From assembly GCF_000025945.1 (NCBI RefSeq), contig NC_006138.1, forward strand, positions 2,100,001 to 2,132,000: 32,000 nucleotides of DNA. Direction: 5' to 3'. The translations under genes were made by a program, and so were the position numbers. This stretch comes from Desulfotalea psychrophila LSv54. Its GTDB lineage: Bacteria; Desulfobacterota; Desulfobulbia; Desulfobulbales; Desulfocapsaceae. Shown one piece after another: positions 1 to 8,319 of the stretch (positions within the stretch are counted from its first letter, which is position 1; each line of letters begins with the position of its first letter). Below the pieces are notes generated by a model that made no database searches, was not told the DNA's origin, and was given only the letters and a program-made list of their open reading frames with translations.

Positions 1-108
1 GGTGAGGCTATCTTCTCGATTTATGGGGAAGATGCTGCCCTTGTGCTCTGGATGCGGAACTTTTTACGAGGGTGAATGACTATATTTCCGCGGAGTAGGA
101 GGAACATT

Positions 109-546
109 ATGTCGCTTGTGAAATGGAATCCTTGGCGAGAGATTGAAGATGTTTTTGACCGCAATATTAAGAGAGTGCCGTCCAGGCTAAGTGATCTGGG
201 ATTTGCTACAAGCGAAGACTGGACTCCCAAGGTGGACATCAGTGAGACCGATAAAGAGTTTATTATCAAGGCAGAGCTTCCTGAGGTAAAACGGGAAGAT
301 GTTAAGGTGACGGTAGATAAGGGTGTTCTTACAATTTGTGGAGAGAGAAAGCAGGAAAGAGAAGAAGAGGGCAAGACGTTCCATCGAGTTGAGAGATATT
401 ACGGTAGTTTTACCCGGAGCTTCACCCTGCCTGAAAATGTCGATGAGTCTAAGGTTGATGCCAGCTATAAGGACGGGATGCTCAATTTGAAAATTGAAAA
501 AACTGAAGAGGCAAAACCGACAAGTATTGAGGTGGAGATTAAGTAG
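109..546 (+). CDS. Hsp20/alpha-crystallin family small heat-shock protein
   Basis: ORF 76..546. An AGGAGG at 97-102 sits 6 nt upstream of ATG 109 (MSLVKWNPW...), so 109 is preferred over 76. The alpha-crystallin core is readable (DISETDKEFIIKAELPEVKREDVKVTVDKGVLTICGERK...YGSFTRSFTLPENVD...ASYKDGMLNLKIEK). Confidence 0.9.
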   Translation: MSLVKWNPWREIEDVFDRNIKRVPSRLSDLGFATSEDWTPKVDISETDKEFIIKAELPEVKREDVKVTVDKGVLTICGERKQEREEEGKTFHRVERYYGSFTRSFTLPENVDESKVDASYKDGMLNLKIEKTEEAKPTSIEVEIK

Positions 547-730
547 CTTCTCTTTTCTTTTCAGCTTTGGCTTCAAACCATGGGGCGGGGCAGAGCAGCC
601 CCTCCTCGTGGGGCCGAGGCTTGACTATCATTTGTCAACAGTATCTTGCAATGATAAACCCACCACTGCCACTCTCATTACGGGGCGAGATTTATTGCTT
701 CAATTCACCGTAATTCTAAGCGCATATCGT

Positions 731-1606
731 TTATTCTGCTCTCTTTGTTTTGGAATAGTCGCTGGGGCTGTTGCCAAAATAGCGTTTAAATTCTCGACTG
801 AACTGGGTGCTACTCTCATAGCCCACCTCAGCTGCCGCTTCACTGACTCGCATTCTCTGCCCGATGAGGAGGGAGTGCGCTCTGCTTAAGCGGATTTTTT
901 TGATATATTGGATGGGGGTTGAGGCGGTTATCTCCTTAAAAACACGGTGGAAGACAGAGGGACTCATGTTGACTAGCTGGGAGAGTTGTTCTACGGCAAT
1001 GCCCTGCTGATAGTGTGTATCTATGAACTTTAAGGCCCTGTCGATTTGGGAGAGCCTGCTATTGTTGCTGGCAAGGGCATAGAGAGAGGCGGCGCCCTCG
1101 GCACAGATAAGACGAAACATTAACTCCTGGATAAGTGCTTCGCCAAGGATGTGGCTTTCCAGTGGTGTTTGCAGTGCTTGCAGTAATCTTCTTAGGGTCT
1201 CGTTTATAGTAGAACTTCTCCTGCCAAGAAAAAGGCCCTGTTGCTCTTTAGCATAGGAGGGAGGGGGGCGCTGGTCGCCGAGCTGAATGATGATGTGGTT
1301 GAGCTGTTGGACATCAATGTCTACCATCATCAGGAGCACTGGCTTTTGTGTCGTCGCGCAGGTCTCGCACTCTGCAGGGATGGGCACCGTTAGTACCAGG
1401 TAATTTTCGGGATTGTACTCATATATTTTGTCATCGAGGTATACCCTCTTTGAGCCCTGACCGACAAAGAGAACTCCTTGTTTGTAGCAGAGCGGGCCCC
1501 GGGGTGAATAGGCACTTGCCTTAAATATTTTAATTCTGGAGAGGGAGGTTTCGTTGAGCCCCTCCTCCGTCGCCAGATTGTTCATCAGTTCGCCTATGGT
1601 TTGCAT
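731..1606 (-). CDS. AraC-family transcriptional regulator with AraC_N-type N-terminal domain (YqhC-like)
   Basis: ORF 731..1642 (-). The C-terminal AraC HTH is readable (LSQLVNMSPSVFHRVFKEITASTPIQYIKKIRLSRAHSLL...VGYESSTQFSREFKRYFGNSPSDY). The internal ATG at 1606 (MQTIGEL) has a GGGGA-type RBS, whereas the 1642 start has none. It is divergent from a YqhD-like dehydrogenase, as in E. coli yqhC-yqhD. Confidence 0.85.
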   Translation of the reverse strand: MQTIGELMNNLATEEGLNETSLSRIKIFKASAYSPRGPLCYKQGVLFVGQGSKRVYLDDKIYEYNPENYLVLTVPIPAECETCATTQKPVLLMMVDIDVQQLNHIIIQLGDQRPPPSYAKEQQGLFLGRRSSTINETLRRLLQALQTPLESHILGEALIQELMFRLICAEGAASLYALASNNSRLSQIDRALKFIDTHYQQGIAVEQLSQLVNMSPSVFHRVFKEITASTPIQYIKKIRLSRAHSLLIGQRMRVSEAAAEVGYESSTQFSREFKRYFGNSPSDYSKTKRAE

Positions 1607-1960
1607 GCTATCCCCTTTTATAAGATGTGATTCTTTCACCATAACAGGTCGGCCCGGTAATGCGATTATTTATAGGGGCAGTAGGATTAGGCATGAAAAT
1701 GATGGCTTTGTGTCTTCTCTTTTTTTCAAATTTATTTAAATATTAGCTGATGTAACAAAACATGTAGATTGCGGCTAAGCAGCTCTCTATTTATGGGAAC
1801 CATGAAAAATAGTCTTTTCTTCAAATTGCTGCGTTATTCGAAAAATTCTATCCTCGAAATATTGCCTATATGTCTGTGGTAAAATTTTACGAATGCCTTG
1901 ATCTTTATTGAAAAATCCTAATTTTTCAAGCCACCCTTATAACAAAAAAAGGATATCACT

Positions 1961-3133
1961 ATGTTGAATTTTAGTTTTTATAACCCGACAAATATTGTTT
2001 TTGGTGAAGGACAGCTTCAGGAGCTTGATAATCTTGTCCCTAAGGATGCCAGGGTGCTCATTACCTACGGTGGCGGTAGCGCTCAGCGCACAGGTGCTCT
2101 CGACAGGGTTAAGGCTGAGCTGGGCAAATCGGAGCGAAGCCTCTTTGAATTTGCTGGCATCCCTGCAAATCCTGCCCTGACCGTACTTCTTCAGGCAATT
2201 GAGTATGTGCGTGAAAACAGGATTGATTTTCTTCTTGCCGTGGGTGGCGGTTCGGTGATGGATGGAACAAAGTTCATTGCCCTTGCCTCCTATGCCAAAG
2301 AGTTTCAAGGGAGAGAGCGGGAGCTGATGAACTTCGGTTTTAATCCGGTACCCGTTGCCAGTGCCATTCCCTTTGGTACAGTGGTGACTCTGCCTGCCAC
2401 CGGTTCTGAGATGAACAACGGGGCGGTAATCAGTGACGGCGAAGACAAACTTCCGGTCTTTAGTCCTTATACCTTTCCCAGGTTTTCTATTTTAGATCCA
2501 ACCCTTACCTATACCCTGCCTGCAACTCAGGTGGCAAACGGTATTGTGGACACCTTTATTCATACCGTGGAACAGTATATTACCTATCCCGCCGAAGGAC
2601 GATTTCAAGACCGTACTGCTGAGGGTATTCTCCAGACCCTGGTAGAGGTTGGAAAAAAAACCATCGATGATCCCAGTGATTATGATGCCAGGGCAAACCT
2701 GGTCTGGTGTTCCACTATGGCCCTCAATGGTCTCATTGGTGCCGGTGTTCCTCAGGACTGGAACACCCATATGATAGGTCATGAGATCACTGCCCTTACC
2801 GGTATTGATCATGCCAAGACCCTGGCCACTATTCAGCCTGCCATTTGGCGGGTGCGCCGGCAAGAAAAGCGGGAGAAGCTACTCCAGTACGCTGAGCGCG
2901 TTTGGTCTATCACCGAAGGTGGAGAGGAGGAGCGCATTGATCAGGCCATAGCCAGGACCGAAGAATTTTTTCAAAGCCTGGGCATCCCCACCAGACTCTC
3001 GGCCTATGATCTCGGCGAAGATTTTATCGGTAGGGTACTGACCTCTCTTGAGAGACATGGGATGACGGCACTTTCGGAACGGGGCGACGTAACCCTTGAG
3101 GTTTCAAAGAGGATACTGCAAGCGGCCCTGTAG
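1961..3133 (+). CDS. yqhD: Iron-containing (group III) alcohol dehydrogenase / NADPH aldehyde reductase, YqhD-like
   Basis: 390-aa ORF with an AAGGA RBS before ATG 1961. It shows Fe-ADH hallmarks (GGGS..D in 'AVGGGSVMDGTKF', 'TLPATGSEMN', 'HMIGHEITALTGIDHAKT'). The gene symbol rests on family and context only. Confidence 0.85.
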   Translation: MLNFSFYNPTNIVFGEGQLQELDNLVPKDARVLITYGGGSAQRTGALDRVKAELGKSERSLFEFAGIPANPALTVLLQAIEYVRENRIDFLLAVGGGSVMDGTKFIALASYAKEFQGRERELMNFGFNPVPVASAIPFGTVVTLPATGSEMNNGAVISDGEDKLPVFSPYTFPRFSILDPTLTYTLPATQVANGIVDTFIHTVEQYITYPAEGRFQDRTAEGILQTLVEVGKKTIDDPSDYDARANLVWCSTMALNGLIGAGVPQDWNTHMIGHEITALTGIDHAKTLATIQPAIWRVRRQEKREKLLQYAERVWSITEGGEEERIDQAIARTEEFFQSLGIPTRLSAYDLGEDFIGRVLTSLERHGMTALSERGDVTLEVSKRILQAAL

Positions 3134-3158
3134 CAGAGCCTCTTAATGTCTTAGGTAA

Positions 3159-3191
3159 GGGGGACAGGCATAGGCCTGTCCCCCATTTTTT
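3159..3191 (+). terminator. Rho-independent terminator after the dehydrogenase gene
   Basis: Perfect 11-bp stem GGGGGACAGGC (3159-3169) / GCCTGTCCCCC (3174-3184) with a 4-nt loop, followed by a TTTTTT tract (3186-3191). It lies between convergent genes. Confidence 0.8.
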
Positions 3192-3195
3192 AGCC

Positions 3196-4137
3196 CTACG
3201 CTTTTTGAATTGGGGCTGGTTTTTTGACATGCCCCAGAACAGACATGGCCGTTGCCACCACCGATGACATCTCTCCCATATTAGAGGGGATGATCATGGT
3301 ATTATTCTTCTTGGCCAGTTTGCCAAATTCAACAACGTATTTTTCTGCCACGCGTAGATTTGCCGCTGTCTCCCCGCCTTCCAAGCTTAGGGCATTGGCA
3401 ACTTTTTTTAGTCCTTCAGCTGTGGCCTGTGCGACCACTTCAATCTCTTTTGCCTGGCCCTCTGCCTCATTTATACGTTTTTGCTTTTCACCCTCGGAGA
3501 CGGCAATGGCCTCTCTTTTCAGACCTTCGGCGCGGTTTATTCGGGCCTGTCTATCGCCTTCTGAGAGGGCAATGGTGGCTCGTTTTTCCCGTACTGCCCG
3601 CATCTGTTTCTCCATTGCCTCCATTACACTATGGGGTGGGGTGATATCTTTTATCTCGTAGCGCAGAACCTTGACACCCCAGTTTTGTGAGGCCTCATCT
3701 ATGGCGGCAACGACCTGCTGGTTGAGGGTGTCACGCTCTTCAAAGGTTTTATCCAGTTCAATTCTGCCGATGACTGACCTCAGAGAGGTTTGGGCAAGTT
3801 GGCTTGCCGCATATTTATAGTCCTCAACACCATAGGCAGAGAGTTTGCTATCTATGACCTGAATATAGAGGATGCCATCAACGGCTATGGTGATGTTGTC
3901 GTTGGTAATACAGTCCTGAGAGGGGATGTTCATCACCTCTTCTTTCAGGGAGCGCTTGTAGGCAACCTTGTCCAGGAAGGGGATGAGGATGTGGAAACCG
4001 GCACTAAGTGATTGGCGATATTTGCCAAGACGCTCAACAACAAACTCTGAGCGCTGTGGAACTACAGTGGCTGTCTTCAATAGTAATATTATTGCTATGG
4101 CAGCAAGCACAGCAACGACAATGATGGATTCATTCAT
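3196..4137 (-). CDS. SPFH/band-7 (stomatin/prohibitin-like) membrane protein
   Basis: 313-aa ORF with an N-terminal TM helix (IIVVAVLAAIAIILLL) and an SPFH core (VPQRSEFVVERLGKY...GFHILIPFLDKV...VLRYEIKDITPP), followed by a coiled-coil tail. It lies immediately downstream of an NfeD gene, which is the classic pairing. Confidence 0.9.
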   Translation of the reverse strand: MNESIIVVAVLAAIAIILLLKTATVVPQRSEFVVERLGKYRQSLSAGFHILIPFLDKVAYKRSLKEEVMNIPSQDCITNDNITIAVDGILYIQVIDSKLSAYGVEDYKYAASQLAQTSLRSVIGRIELDKTFEERDTLNQQVVAAIDEASQNWGVKVLRYEIKDITPPHSVMEAMEKQMRAVREKRATIALSEGDRQARINRAEGLKREAIAVSEGEKQKRINEAEGQAKEIEVVAQATAEGLKKVANALSLEGGETAANLRVAEKYVVEFGKLAKKNNTMIIPSNMGEMSSVVATAMSVLGHVKKPAPIQKA

Positions 4138-4147
4138 ATCCTACTCC

Positions 4148-4597
4148 TTATAATTTTTTGACTCTGAAGGTAAGTCCGTCTTCTGATTCCTGGCTTGTAA
4201 CTAAAACAGATTGTCCCTCTTCGATGCTTTCATCGGCAACAGCTCTCCAGAAACTCCCCATTACCTTGATTTCGCCAGGCGTATTTGCTGATATTTCCTT
4301 GGTTACCAGTGCCGTCTTGCCAATTTTTGAGTTAATATATGGGTCTTCGTGATCATCACGAGTGCTCCCTTTGAAGGTTTTTAGACAATACCTGCGCAGG
4401 GAAAAGAGAAAAAGCAGGGAGGAGATGATGAAGATTAATATCTGGGTGGGTAAGCCGATGTCTGTTAACCAGGCTGTTAAACCGGCAATCCAGCATCCAG
4501 CTGTGAAAAAAATCAGAATGAAGCCTGGCAGGAGCAACTCCACGATTAAAAAGAGAACACCCACAAGAAACCATATTAGCGAATAGGAAAGAGTCAT
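4148..4597 (-). CDS. NfeD-family membrane protein (partner of the SPFH protein)
   Basis: ORF 4148..4609 (the track start at 4609 is TTG; the first ATG is at 4597). It has three hydrophobic helices followed by a C-terminal OB-like NfeD domain (GKTALVTKEISANTPGEIKVMGSFWRAVADE...GQSVLV). There is a 10-nt gap to the SPFH gene. Confidence 0.8.
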   Translation of the reverse strand: MTLSYSLIWFLVGVLFLIVELLLPGFILIFFTAGCWIAGLTAWLTDIGLPTQILIFIISSLLFLFSLRRYCLKTFKGSTRDDHEDPYINSKIGKTALVTKEISANTPGEIKVMGSFWRAVADESIEEGQSVLVTSQESEDGLTFRVKKL

Positions 4598-5055
4598 GTT
4601 TTTAACCAATTTACCTGTTGAGATGAGAGGTGGCTACCGATTGCTCCATACTATATAGAGACGATCTGTACTCTCTTAGTTTATCTGTTGCCCTGCCGTG
4701 GTTCAATTCTTTTCTAGGGAGGACAACTATAAAGTTGTATCGAGGCAAAGACTAAGAGGCTTTTTTTATGTTCGTCCTCAGGGTGGAGGTTCTTCTCTTG
4801 ATAAGGAGTGCAAGCTCATCCTCAGGAAAGAGAGCAGGTAGTTAGCTGTAGGAGGTGGGTTGTGTATCGTTCTCTTGTTTATTGGGAGAACAGCTCTGTA
4901 GAGTCCTGTCGCTATAGGGGAAAACTATTTCTTTCTTTTCAAGATAATCCTATGTTATAACAGATTGTTGGCGTGGGGCGAGACTCTGCTTTTGTGAGTG
5001 TTGCAGTTACAGGTAAGTGCTTCTGCGTCTTATGAAGGAGGAAGGACATTGATAT

Positions 5056-5937
5056 ATGATATTAATGTCTTTTGCGAATATTTATGTCGTCGATGTGACG
5101 TGTCTTTTTATTGGGAGGGTGCAGGTGATAGAATTACCAACAGTTGTTATTCGTGGTGCAGGAGATCTGGCAACGGGTGTTGCTCTACGGCTTTATCGTG
5201 CTGGCTTTAAGCGTATTCTGATGCTTGAGCAGGAAAAGCCTCTTGCCGTAAGGCGAACGGTCTCTTTTTCTGAGATTGTTTATGCGAAGGGGCATAGGGT
5301 TGAGGAGGTTGGTGCCATTCTTGCTACCTCTCAGGCGGATGTGCTCTCTGCCTGGAAGGGCGGGGATATTCCTGTTCTTGTGGATCCGGAACTCTCCTGT
5401 CTTGCTGAGATGGATGTAGATATTCTTGTTGATGCTATTTTGGCAAAGAAAAATTTAGGCACCAGACGGGATCATGCCCCATTGGTGATTGGATTAGGGC
5501 CGGGATTTTCTGCAGGAGATGATGTAGATCGGGTGGTCGAAACTAAGCGGGGACATTTTCTTGGTAGGCTTATTACCGACGGCCCCGCTACTGCAAATAG
5601 CGGTAAGCCAGGCGCTGTTATGGGCTATACGACAGAACGTGTTATTTGGGCTGAGCAGGCAGGATTTTATACCAGTCCTCTGCAGATAGGGGCCTTGGTA
5701 GAGGCGGGTGACGTTATTGGTTCTGTCGATGGTGTTCCGTTTTGTACTGAAATTTCAGGGGTTTTACGTGGCCTTCTTCCAACTGACATTCAGGTGGGAA
5801 AGCGGTGTAAGCTTGCCGATATTGACCCTCGTGGCCTGGTGAATTATTGCGATTCTGTTTCCGAAAAGGCCCTTGCCATTGGCGGCGGGGTGTTGGAAGC
5901 TGTGTGTAGCTATACTCTTAATAGGATGTTGTCCTAA
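5056..5937 (+). CDS. yqeB: Selenium-dependent molybdenum hydroxylase system protein, YqeB family
   Basis: The N-terminal dinucleotide-fold-like 'VVIRGAGDLATGVALRLYRAGF' and the overall ~270-aa layout match my recollection of the YqeB/TIGR03309 family. The true start may be GTG 5125, which is preceded by GGGAGGG at 5113-5119. The hydrophobic 23-aa extension from ATG 5056 looks non-native. Confidence 0.7.
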   Translation: MILMSFANIYVVDVTCLFIGRVQVIELPTVVIRGAGDLATGVALRLYRAGFKRILMLEQEKPLAVRRTVSFSEIVYAKGHRVEEVGAILATSQADVLSAWKGGDIPVLVDPELSCLAEMDVDILVDAILAKKNLGTRRDHAPLVIGLGPGFSAGDDVDRVVETKRGHFLGRLITDGPATANSGKPGAVMGYTTERVIWAEQAGFYTSPLQIGALVEAGDVIGSVDGVPFCTEISGVLRGLLPTDIQVGKRCKLADIDPRGLVNYCDSVSEKALAIGGGVLEAVCSYTLNRMLS

Positions 5938-6081
5938 GGGATACTTGAAAAATATTCTTCTCTTTGTTGGCAGATTCCCCCGGGCCTTAGCTTTTGTTGT
6001 AGGCTGGCGGTTGCAGTATTCTCCTTTCTTGGCTAGAACCTGGGGAAATGAACAAAAAGAAGGATAAGGATGCTTTTATTG

Positions 6082-6110
6082 TTGACAGCGATAAAACATT
6101 CATGTATAGT
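6082..6110 (+). promoter_or_regulatory. Sigma70-type promoter of the tRNA-fMet gene
   Basis: TTGACA (6082-6087), an exactly 17-nt spacer, then TATAGT (6105-6110). The tRNA 5' end at 6124 lies 14 nt downstream of the -10 element. Confidence 0.75.
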
Positions 6111-6123
6111 GACGTTCACGTAA

Positions 6124-6200
<77 letters not shown>

Positions 6201-6211
6201 ATTTCAAAAAA

Positions 6212-6248
6212 GGGCTTACAGGCTTTTTGGCTGTAAGCCCTTTTTTTT
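6212..6248 (+). terminator. Rho-independent terminator after tRNA-fMet
   Basis: 10-bp stem GGGCTTACAG (6212-6221) / CTGTAAGCCC (6231-6240) followed by T8 (6241-6248). Confidence 0.85.
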
Positions 6249-6552
6249 GAGTTTTTGTTTCTACTTCGTCTCTCTTGGATAAGATCCAGATGAAACTCTT
6301 TGAGTTTTAAGAGCGGCCTGTGGAATCAGGAAACAGACAGCAGGGAAGTTTTTTCTCTGATCTGTTACACAACCTATAGATGCACAGAGTGTGCTTATAT
6401 AGGAAATTAAATAGTGGTGAGTGATAAAAGCTTACCCTGTTTCAGTACTTTAGGTAAAAGAAAAATTGTCAGATTTTATATATGTTGCATGTATTCAGCA
6501 TGACAAGTACTACCTCAGGTTTGGGACATTAAACTTTGTTTAGGAGATTGTC

Positions 6553-6753
6553 ATGGCTGAAGGAATTGTAAAGTGGTTTAACGATGCGAAGGGTTTTGGT
6601 TTTATCGAGCAAGAGGGTGGAGATGACCTTTTCGTACATCACACCAGCATTAATGCTTCCGGTTTCAAAACTCTCGAAGAAGGTGCACGCGTATCTTTCG
6701 AGATCGAAGACGGCGCTAAAGGACCAGCGGCAGCAAACGTTACCGCCCTTTAA
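6553..6753 (+). CDS. Cold-shock protein, CspA family
   Basis: 66-aa ORF with RNP1/RNP2 motifs (KGFGFI, DLFVHH) and a GGAGA RBS before the ATG. There is about 300 nt of upstream non-coding sequence, consistent with the long csp leaders known in other bacteria. Confidence 0.95.
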   Translation: MAEGIVKWFNDAKGFGFIEQEGGDDLFVHHTSINASGFKTLEEGARVSFEIEDGAKGPAAANVTAL

Positions 6754-6814
6754 GTTGTAAATACATAAGGTTAGAATAATCTCTTTGAGGTTTTTTTGAC
6801 CAAGGTATTAAGAA

Positions 6815-6851
6815 GCCCCTTAGGATTAATTTCCTAAGGGGCTTTTTTTTT
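6815..6851 (+). terminator. Rho-independent terminator after csp
   Basis: 10-bp stem GCCCCTTAGG (6815-6824) / CCTAAGGGGC (6833-6842) followed by a T9 tract (6843-6851). Confidence 0.85.
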
Positions 6852-6966
6852 ATAAAAAATGAGAAAGCTGACGTTAAATTGTATTTTTTAGCTTGATTCC
6901 TCTTGCATAAAGACATTCTAGTATTATTTTATTGGGAATGATTATTAAATATTTATAGAGGCTAGT

Positions 6967-7497
6967 ATGGAAAATAGACAGGTAGATGCGGATCAGGCGC
7001 AGCAGTGGGTTCATTCTGGTGAGGCTGTACTGATAGATATAAGAACTATGCCGGAGGTTATGGCCCTTGAAATTGCCCATTCCCTCTATATGCCTTTGAG
7101 TTTGGTATCGGCTAAGAGAATTGAGCAACTACAGCTGACAGAGGATAAAAAGATAGTCTTTTTCTGTCGATCAGGAAATCGCTCAGCTAGCCTACTTGAG
7201 GCTCAGCCGAATTTACATGGTGGGAATATCTGGAGCTTGCAGGGTGGCTTGCTCTCTTGGCAGAGGCGGGGACTTCCGGTTGCCACAAAGGGGCAACAGG
7301 CCATTTCTCTTGAACGGCAGACCCATATTACTGTTGGATCTTTGATTCTATTGACGGCCTTTTTGGGGGCCACTATAAATCCCTCATTTTTTGGAGCAAC
7401 GGCGTTTTTTGGTGCCGGTCTTCTCTTTGCAGGATTGAGTGGTACCTGTATGATGGCGAAGATGCTTATGAAACTTCCCTGGAACAGAGCTGCTTAA
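6967..7497 (+). CDS. Rhodanese-domain sulfurtransferase with C-terminal DUF2892-type membrane anchor (YgaP-like)
   Basis: It has the rhodanese active-site loop 'FFCRSGNRSAS' and a C-terminal two-helix hydrophobic region (ITVGSLILLTAFLG...FFGAGLLFAGLSGTCMM) typical of YgaP/DUF2892. An AGAGG RBS is present. Confidence 0.8.
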   Translation: MENRQVDADQAQQWVHSGEAVLIDIRTMPEVMALEIAHSLYMPLSLVSAKRIEQLQLTEDKKIVFFCRSGNRSASLLEAQPNLHGGNIWSLQGGLLSWQRRGLPVATKGQQAISLERQTHITVGSLILLTAFLGATINPSFFGATAFFGAGLLFAGLSGTCMMAKMLMKLPWNRAA

Positions 7498-7590
7498 TCT
7501 AGGGATCGTTTTTGTCTCTTTAACCTGTTATCATTGCTCTTGGTAGGACGTTTCCTTGAGCTCATGAGTGAATAGAGAGGTAGAGAATCA

Positions 7591-8238
7591 ATGACATATA
7601 AGGCAGCAATACCCGCCTATGGACGGGTTGAAGAGAGATTAAATGTTCTCTCCCACGGTCTTGGTGCTTTGGGGGCGGTGGTGGGGTTCTGTTATTTGCT
7701 TCATCAGGCCTTTATTATGAGCAGTTGGCCCTATTGGCTCAGCGCTACGGTCTTTGGTGGTGGCATGGTCTTGATGCTTACCAGCTCTACACTGTATCAT
7801 TTGGCGAAAAAACCTGTTCTACGCAAGTGGTTACGACGTTGTGACCATGGCATGATCTTTATATTTATTGCAGCGACCTATACACCTTTTACCCTTCTGG
7901 CTTTGCAGGGTGATCAATCTATCTTTTGGACTGCTATTATTTGGTCTATTGCCCTGCTTGGTATCATTGTTGCCTTTATTCCCTTTAAGCATAAGGTTTG
8001 GGTGGAGATTCCTCTCTGTTTGGGCTTGGGGTGGCTTGCCATATTTCTCTATGGCTCTTTTTCTGGGGAATTAGGTCTTGGCGGGCATTGGTTGTTCGCG
8101 GGGGGAGTTGTTTATAGCGTGGGGGCCCTGCTATATTTGGTAAAAAAAATGCCCTTTAATCATGCTATCTGGCACTGTTTTGTCCTGGCTGGCTTGAGTT
8201 GTCACTATGTGGCGATCTCTGCTTATCTTATGACTTAG
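7591..8238 (+). CDS. Hemolysin III / PAQR family channel-like membrane protein
   Basis: 215-aa protein with 7 TM helices and family motifs (EERLNVLSHGLG, 'STLYH', 'RRCDHGMIFIFIAATYTPF', 'HAIWHCFVLAG'). Confidence 0.88.
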   Translation: MTYKAAIPAYGRVEERLNVLSHGLGALGAVVGFCYLLHQAFIMSSWPYWLSATVFGGGMVLMLTSSTLYHLAKKPVLRKWLRRCDHGMIFIFIAATYTPFTLLALQGDQSIFWTAIIWSIALLGIIVAFIPFKHKVWVEIPLCLGLGWLAIFLYGSFSGELGLGGHWLFAGGVVYSVGALLYLVKKMPFNHAIWHCFVLAGLSCHYVAISAYLMT

Positions 8239-8256
8239 GTCGTTTTCCATTGATAC

Positions 8257-8296
8257 AAAAAAGGCTGATATCCATTGTGGATATCAGCCTTTTTTT
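8257..8296. terminator. Bidirectional terminator between the hemolysin-III gene and glyA
   Basis: A A6 tract, then an 11-bp stem GGCTGATATCC (8263-8273) / GGATATCAGCC (8279-8289), then a T7 tract (8290-8296). The A/T tracts are symmetric, so it could work on both strands. Confidence 0.8.
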
Positions 8297-8319
8297 ATTC
8301 ATCTTTTTAGGAAAGACGA

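Noticed and set aside
494-889. 131-aa + strand ORF bridging the hsp20 3' end and the araC 3' end
   Set aside because: It overlaps two well-supported genes and has no RBS or motifs.
3224-3661. 145-aa and 94-aa + strand ORFs inside the SPFH gene
   Set aside because: They are antisense to a clearly conserved SPFH protein. Their Ala/Ser/Pro-rich composition comes from the complement of the coiled-coil region.
4610-5055. Possible Moco riboswitch upstream of yqeB
   Set aside because: The repeated CCTCAGG segments are direct repeats, not complementary ones. I could not reconstruct the Moco motif from memory with any confidence.
6874-7128. 84-aa - strand ORF in AT-rich DNA overlapping the rhodanese gene start
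   Set aside because: Its composition is AT-driven (Ile/Tyr/Asn/Lys-rich). It overlaps the rhodanese promoter and 5' end and has no RBS.
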